A stretch of DNA of 63,975 bases, the filler included, from Bigelowiella natans CCMP2755 (lineage: Eukaryota; Protista; Cercozoa), in the NCBI GenBank assembly GCA_000320545.1. It is 5 parts of 5 records of this genome, joined end to end, with 100 filler letters (N's around TTAATTAATTAA, not from the genome) between each part and the next. Parts side by side here need not be neighbours in the genome. Positions count along the whole stretch, not along the records: positions 45,450 to 61,217 come from ADNK01003246.1; positions 61,318 to 62,824 come from ADNK01000229.1; positions 62,925 to 63,975 come from ADNK01002231.1; 2 more parts are not named here. One strand, 5' to 3'. How positions within the stretch are numbered: position 1 is the first letter of the stretch; each line of letters starts with the position of its first letter. Shown here piece by piece: positions 57,932 through 63,975 of this stretch. The translations under genes and the position numbers were made by a program. The notes beneath the pieces are model-generated. The model had not been told where the DNA came from, did no database searches, and worked only from the letters and a program-made list of their open reading frames with translations.

Positions 57932-58526
57932 CTCGAAGTTTCCCCGCCGTATTTGACGTAACAAAGTCGCGTGAAGAGTTTTTGCTCAGATTTTTTATTG
58001 CCAGCGGGGAGACGCTATGTGCATATATGGCGCGAGAGCAAGATAGCTGCCATGGTTTTGAGTGTCCTTTGCAGCAGTTCTTCTTCACATGAGTGTTGTT
58101 GTCACGTGCTCATGCAAATCGTCTTTCCTCGATTCGCCTCCCCCCCCCCTTTCCTACCCCATCTACTGAAACCAAAGATTCGTATCACGAGATCAGCTAG
58201 TTGCGCAGAAAGGGCGTTTTCCTATCGATAGCGGAGGCGATGAGGATAACGGTCGTCGTGATGGTGAAGCTCAATTACAGCCGCAGCAGCCAGATAAGAA
58301 GGAGGAGGAGGAAGAGGAGCCCCCCCCCCCCACCACGTTAACTACTGGTAAAGCTACTGTTTGTTAAAGCAAAACGAAGTAGATTTGCTGGATGCCGATG
58401 CTATTGTGTTTTTACACGCATATGTGCTGTGTTGTTGTTCTTCTTGTTCTTGTCGTTTCCAGTTCTTTCAGACATTTGCTGCTAGATGAGCAGTGATGAT
58501 GACCGTGGCATGCATGCACTTATGTT

Positions 58527-58568
<42 letters not shown>

Positions 58569-58848
58569 GGTAACACAAAGGTATCTGGATCCTGTAAAAG
58601 ACGGCTCGCTTGAGCACTTTGGGTCGCCACGTCGTTGTTTTAAGCCGCATGTTTTCCCGTCTGTTTGCCGTCGTATAGACGAAAGCGCCCGCCGTTTAAC
58701 TGTATTAAAAATCTTCACTTTCATCGTCGCATGCATGGCTATCGGTACCGCCGATTCTATGGCCATCTGCTCTTACAAATTATCTTTTGCGCCGCATTTG
58801 TCGCACAAACAACCAGGCGTGGCCGGATGGGTGCCTATCGCCAAATGA
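51437..58848 (+). CDS. Type II membrane glycosyltransferase, GT92/DUF23-like, many exons
   Basis: N-terminal TM, then AAICTAFNPKY, VFGWLDYHKKQ|GFAHFYIY, WEKA|GYVTVIPW, ARDAGYSW|LANSHVDEFLRP. The 3' exons and end are uncertain. Confidence 0.7.
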
Positions 58849-58873
58849 AAGCTGGCTCGAAAGGTACTGCTTT

Positions 58874-58914
<41 letters not shown>

Positions 58915-61003
58915 GTTTGGTGATAGCTGTAGTTTTGTAGATTCCTCTAATGGGCTGTGGAAGGATGAAGGAGTGTTGAGAGAGTGTGCGAGAGGGAGAG
59001 GCAGAAAGAGAGGGAGAGAGAGAGAGAGAGCGCGCGCGGGCGATTGTCTTGACATCAATACGAATCGCTTGTTATGATTCTATAACTCGCTGAACTAGTT
59101 ATCTTTACAACCACAACTCCTTTTTTGTCTTCTTCTCTGAGCCCATTCTTCCCCCCCTTCCCCCATCTGTCTCTTGCAGCTTCCGAGGTCCAGCCTTGGA
59201 ACATTTTGGAGAATCACTTCACCGATGTAGCCTTTTCCTTCTCCACACTGAAATGCGAGTCGTCGTGCGCTGTGACCGACCTTGACTTCTGTTTTCTCAT
59301 TGCTCGTAAATTCTGCTGCTAGAACTTTCTTCGAGGATTCCGCCCTCGGTTAGTTGGACACGTGCGCAAAGACGGAGCAAGGGGTAACAACCCATGAGTC
59401 CTTTTTTTCTCCAAAGCAAGAACCCTCCGCGTTTTGGGCTTGTTTGGATTTCGCAAGGAACTTAACGCAATGAAGCTTCTGCTGCTTTGAGTCTGCACCG
59501 CACAATTTTACAGAAAAGAACGAAATTCAACATTTTCATCGCCCTTGGCTGGCGCTGTTTGCAGGGGTGTGCGCAGGGTTAAAAATGGCGGATTCTATGC
59601 TCATTCCGCACAGTGAATTGCTTACCCTACTCTTTGCTTCTTAACAGGGTTAGAGTATATTGACGACGAAAGCATTGAGCGAGTGGTTTTCAAGCAAGAT
59701 GCCTTTGCTTTCGGAGGAAATCAAGCAGATAACAGAACGATCGTGGCCGGAGTTTAGAATTTGGTGAACAGACGCAACCGCCATCGGGATGTGCTACATT
59801 GCTCGTCATACATTTGTCTAGTTATTCCCTAAAATTTCTGTAACGCATTGCAGCTGGATGTTGAATCATTGCAGCAAGCGACTAACAGTACTGGAGGAGC
59901 TACAAACTCTACAGCCACGTGACATCAGACACAGAGACAGTCTAGTAGTCTAGCAGTGTAGCAGTGGACAAATTCTAGCCTCATGGTGCATTCTAACATG
60001 CTAGTAAAATAGCATGTGCGAAGAATGTATCGCCACGTGCATGTGCGCATGCTAGTAGCATGCGAAATCGAGTAGCAATTATCACCGTTCTAGCGTTAGA
60101 CCAAAAACGCACCTCGCACACATGCTTTTAAGCTACACTAGTCACTAGCTAGTGAGCGTTGTCGAATTGTCCAAAGCAATTGGCAACATACAACGACTTT
60201 AGAATATTACTAGAAAACGCAAGTGCGCACGTAGCTTGCTAACATTTTTGCATAGCTAGATTGTACGTATCACTGCATCATCGTATCAACCGCACGCAGA
60301 CACGCGCACATGCTAGCATGCATTCCAATAACAATAGCAACATGCAGCATGAGCTTGCCATTTAATTCTAGAATTACACAATCTAGCAATGCTAGAATGT
60401 GCTGATGCTTATACGCATCGCAACATCTAGATATGTATAGCATATGCTAGTGTGCTACACTGAGAACCCACGACGTATCTAGTACAGATGTATGATGTAG
60501 CGATGTGTGCTTACACTAGCTAGCTAGCTAGTACAGCGTAATGAGCACAATGGCGCCACAGCAGCTAGACAGCATGTCTAGACACCTAGACATATGCGAG
60601 CATCGCCTGCCTTGGGCGCAATGAGAGCACGTTTCCGAACATTGTTTAAAAACAACACACTAGTGTAGCAAGCATTGCGGTGTACAATAACGATGCGCCG
60701 TAGCATGTTTCTACTGGAAACCGAAACTATTCTGCCTACGGCGGCAAAGCCGTGATAATAGCCTATCTTTCTCACGATCTTATCGATCATACAATGATGC
60801 TGCGGACGACAGAGCCTCCTGCGTAGCTAGGTAGCTTCATGCGCGTGAGGGGGGGGGATATTCTTATCCTCCTTTTTTTTCCCCCTGCAAGAGTAAGGAG
60901 AACATACATGTGGGGCTGCTGCTAAAGACTGTTGACGTATTCCGTGAGTGGGAATTTATCTCGAATGTTAGGCCGCACATCAGGAGTGCCCTGATGAGAG
61001 AAT

Positions 61004-61034
<31 letters not shown>

Positions 61035-61217
61035 GGGGAAGGCGGATGATGATGAGGAACACATCGTTTGATGGTGTGAACGACCAAAAGAATCATCTAC
61101 GATGGTCCTTCTCGAAACTGCATGCATACAGTGAAACACGCAGAGAAGAGAACGCGGTCAACTTCCCCGAAACCCCTCATTGTGGGTGGCAGCCCTAAAG
61201 AAAGAAAACAGCTCCCC

Positions 61218-61317
61218 NNNNNNNNNNNNNNNNNNNNNNNNNNNNNNNNNNNNNNNNNNNNTTAATTAATTAANNNNNNNNNNNNNNNNNNNNNNNNNNN
61301 NNNNNNNNNNNNNNNNN
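61218..61317. other. Artificial contig linker
   Basis: N44-TTAATTAATTAA-N44. Confidence 0.95.
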
Positions 61318-61807
61318 TAGTACTTTCAAGTCACGCTCAGACCTTTGACCAACTTCGGTCTCTGATTTGCTATCTCCTTGCAGAGTCGGGAGTCTTCTCT
61401 CATTTATAGCTTTATGAACTTGCGTCAGTCTGTCTGTGTGTGTGTGTGTGCGTGTTTCAGGTTGAGGAAGTCTGCCCTTTTCAGCTGCTCACGGCGTATT
61501 CTTCAAACATATCATGTGCGCGTCTATTACTTCATCCTCGGCGCCTTGGAAAAGCCTCTTGAAGTAGGGGGCTGCCTCTTCGCTGAAGGTGCTCCATGCT
61601 AGCAGGGAAAAGTCAACGCAAAACGCACAGAGACTCAACCCACGGCGACGCGAGTATGCAGGAGCAGAACAACAAAGTATTGCTCGAAAGAAGCGATGCG
61701 CTGCTGCTACTACTGCTGCTGGATGGCAAGGAGATTGCTCCCAAGGATCTATACTCTCCTAATCGTCTTCTTCTTTCTTTCTTTCTTTCTTCATAGTGCT
61801 TATAGTG

Positions 61808-61843
<36 letters not shown>

Positions 61844-62744
61844 GACATCGACATACAATGAGTCTCCGGTGGTTTAAAGTCATCAGGTGTTGTTGAATCC
61901 GTCTGCATATCGCTCAAGGGAAGCCCTGGCGCATGCCTGTCCGCATCCTTCAAACCAAGGGGGGGGGGGAGGGGGGGGGGCAATGATTCGGTGACCTCTC
62001 TCATTCAATCGTAAGAGTAGCGAAGCAATAAGATTTGTTTAGATGATGATTGACTCCTCCTCCTCTTCTTCTCCTCTTTGTCGGTCGGTTGATTCTCCAA
62101 ACTTCGTACGCATGCTGATGATTTGCATTTGCTGCGCGAGAAAAGTCGTTGCTTCATTATTGCCTCCACACCCCCCCCCCCTCCCCCATTTTTCCTCCCA
62201 GCACTCACCGGTACTGTGGGGTAGAGCGTTCTGGACGGCCGTCGATTCATCCATTGCTCCTGCCATGTGGTTTCACATCTCATCAAAGGATCTTCAACGA
62301 CAACAACTACTGCATCGTCATCATCACCATTATCATTGTCATCATCATCATCATCTTCTTCTTCTTCATCGCCAAAATGCCCTTCTAACCTTTCAAAAAA
62401 AAAAAAGAAGAGTCTCCGCCCCCCCCCTCTACACCGCGCCACCACGAATCAGCTAATAAAAACCAACCGGGGCCTCCCGGATGGAGGGGTCATGGAAGAG
62501 AAACGCCTCATCCGAAGAACAAGGATCTCCACGAGCTCGTCCAGGCACAAGGTCGTTGTAGTATCTAACGATCATGGAGGAGCGTCGTATTTCAGGAGGG
62601 GTGGGGGGAGGGAGCGATGTCGTCATCGGATTTCTTCGTGATTGGGTACTAAGATACCACTGAGTCTTATTCTGATATCCATTGCATAGTATGCCCTCTA
62701 TGAAGCAGGATTATATCCTTCTCTCCCCTCCCCTCTCTCGCTTT

Positions 62745-62799
<55 letters not shown>

Positions 62800-62824
62800 A
62801 TATATATATATATATATATAATAT

Positions 62825-62924
62825 NNNNNNNNNNNNNNNNNNNNNNNNNNNNNNNNNNNNNNNNNNNNTTAATTAATTAANNNNNNNNNNNNNNNNNNNN
62901 NNNNNNNNNNNNNNNNNNNNNNNN
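62825..62924. other. Artificial contig linker
   Basis: N44-TTAATTAATTAA-N44. Confidence 0.95.
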
Positions 62925-62962
62925 CACACACACACACACGCTCTCTCTCACTCTCACTCACA

Positions 62963-63011
<49 letters not shown>

Positions 63012-63024
63012 CTCACTCACGCTC

Positions 63025-63056
<32 letters not shown>

Positions 63057-63198
63057 TCTCACACTCTCTCACACTCTCACTCACACGCGCTCATATGCCT
63101 CCCTCCCCATACATATATGCCTGCATGTGTTATCTATAGAGGGGGGGGGGGGGATATATATATATATATAAATATATATATATATACAAATAACATAA

Positions 63199-63250
<52 letters not shown>

Positions 63251-63252
63251 AT

Positions 63253-63293
<41 letters not shown>

Positions 63294-63725
63294 TTATATC
63301 AGGCTCGATACCACGGCGTCACTGAGGAGAAGATTAGCGTGCATGGTCTCCCCATTCGACCTGCGTTTTGGTCTCCAATAACGGGGGATAACAAAGGTGA
63401 TAATGATGATGATGATGATGATGATGATTGTGATGATGATGATGATGGTGGTGATGTAAATGTAGATGTAGATGATAAGCAGCCCTTGTATTGTGAGTGT
63501 GAGTGTGTGAGTGTGAGTGTGAGTGTGAGTGTGAGTGTGTGTGTGTGCTCATCATTTCCAGGGAAGCCTGGAATACGCCGTAGTTTGGGGTTGGACGATG
63601 AGGCATTGGCCGTTCTGGTACGTTGAAGATTATTAACGATGGTGACGATGATGATGGTGATGATGATGGTGATGGTGATGGTGATGCAATGATGATGATG
63701 CAAGTTCAATGTGTGTACGGTGTAA

Positions 63726-63767
<42 letters not shown>

Positions 63768-63817
63768 CCCTTTCTCTCTCTTTTTTATCTCCCACTTGTA
63801 GAAAGATGTAGCATAGC

Positions 63818-63859
<42 letters not shown>

Positions 63860-63898
63860 CCGATCCTTCCCCCCTCCCCCCCCCCCTCCACCTCCAGA

Positions 63899-63975
<77 letters not shown>
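62925..63975. repeat. Compound microsatellite tract (CA, CT, TA, GAT, GA)
   Basis: Directly visible simple repeats. Confidence 0.9.

Noticed and set aside
59584-59757. Possible two-exon 45-aa ORF (MADSMLIPHRLEYIDDESIERVVFK...)
   Set aside because: No recognisable motif or independent support.
60780-62640. Possible exon fragments around the third gap
   Set aside because: No identifiable domain and fragmented by contig edges.

Overview
Intron-rich eukaryotic (protist-like) genomic DNA with microsatellite-filled GT-AG introns, built from five contigs joined by artificial 100-nt N/TTAATTAATTAA/N linkers, so adjacency across those gaps is not guaranteed. Recognisable genes: ZIP7/KE4-type zinc transporter, MFS sugar porter, CAMK-group Ser/Thr kinase with a DFD motif, partial THUMP-like gene, frameshifted tyrosine-kinase fragment, ~12 kb Cys-rich/mucin membrane protein, VHL-beta + transglutaminase + EF-hand protein, partial sulfotransferase-like gene, C69 dipeptidase and a GT92/DUF23-like glycosyltransferase. 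Mobile DNA: a young Ty3/Gypsy-like LTR element (LTR, PBS, gag) with an identical second LTR copy, and a LINE RT relic containing a nested TIR element. The strongest signal is a repeat-targeted mutational footprint. Across ~3 kb of transposon DNA (40671-43696) I find only one TpA dinucleotide by manual reading, while CpG is retained, and conserved RT residues have changed by TA->TG/CA (Y->C, Y->H, L->P). Other intergenic tracts show the same depletion with CTAG selectively surviving. This suggests a RIP-analogous genome-defence process making A:T->G:C changes at TpA. All counts and exon boundaries were read by eye and are approximate.
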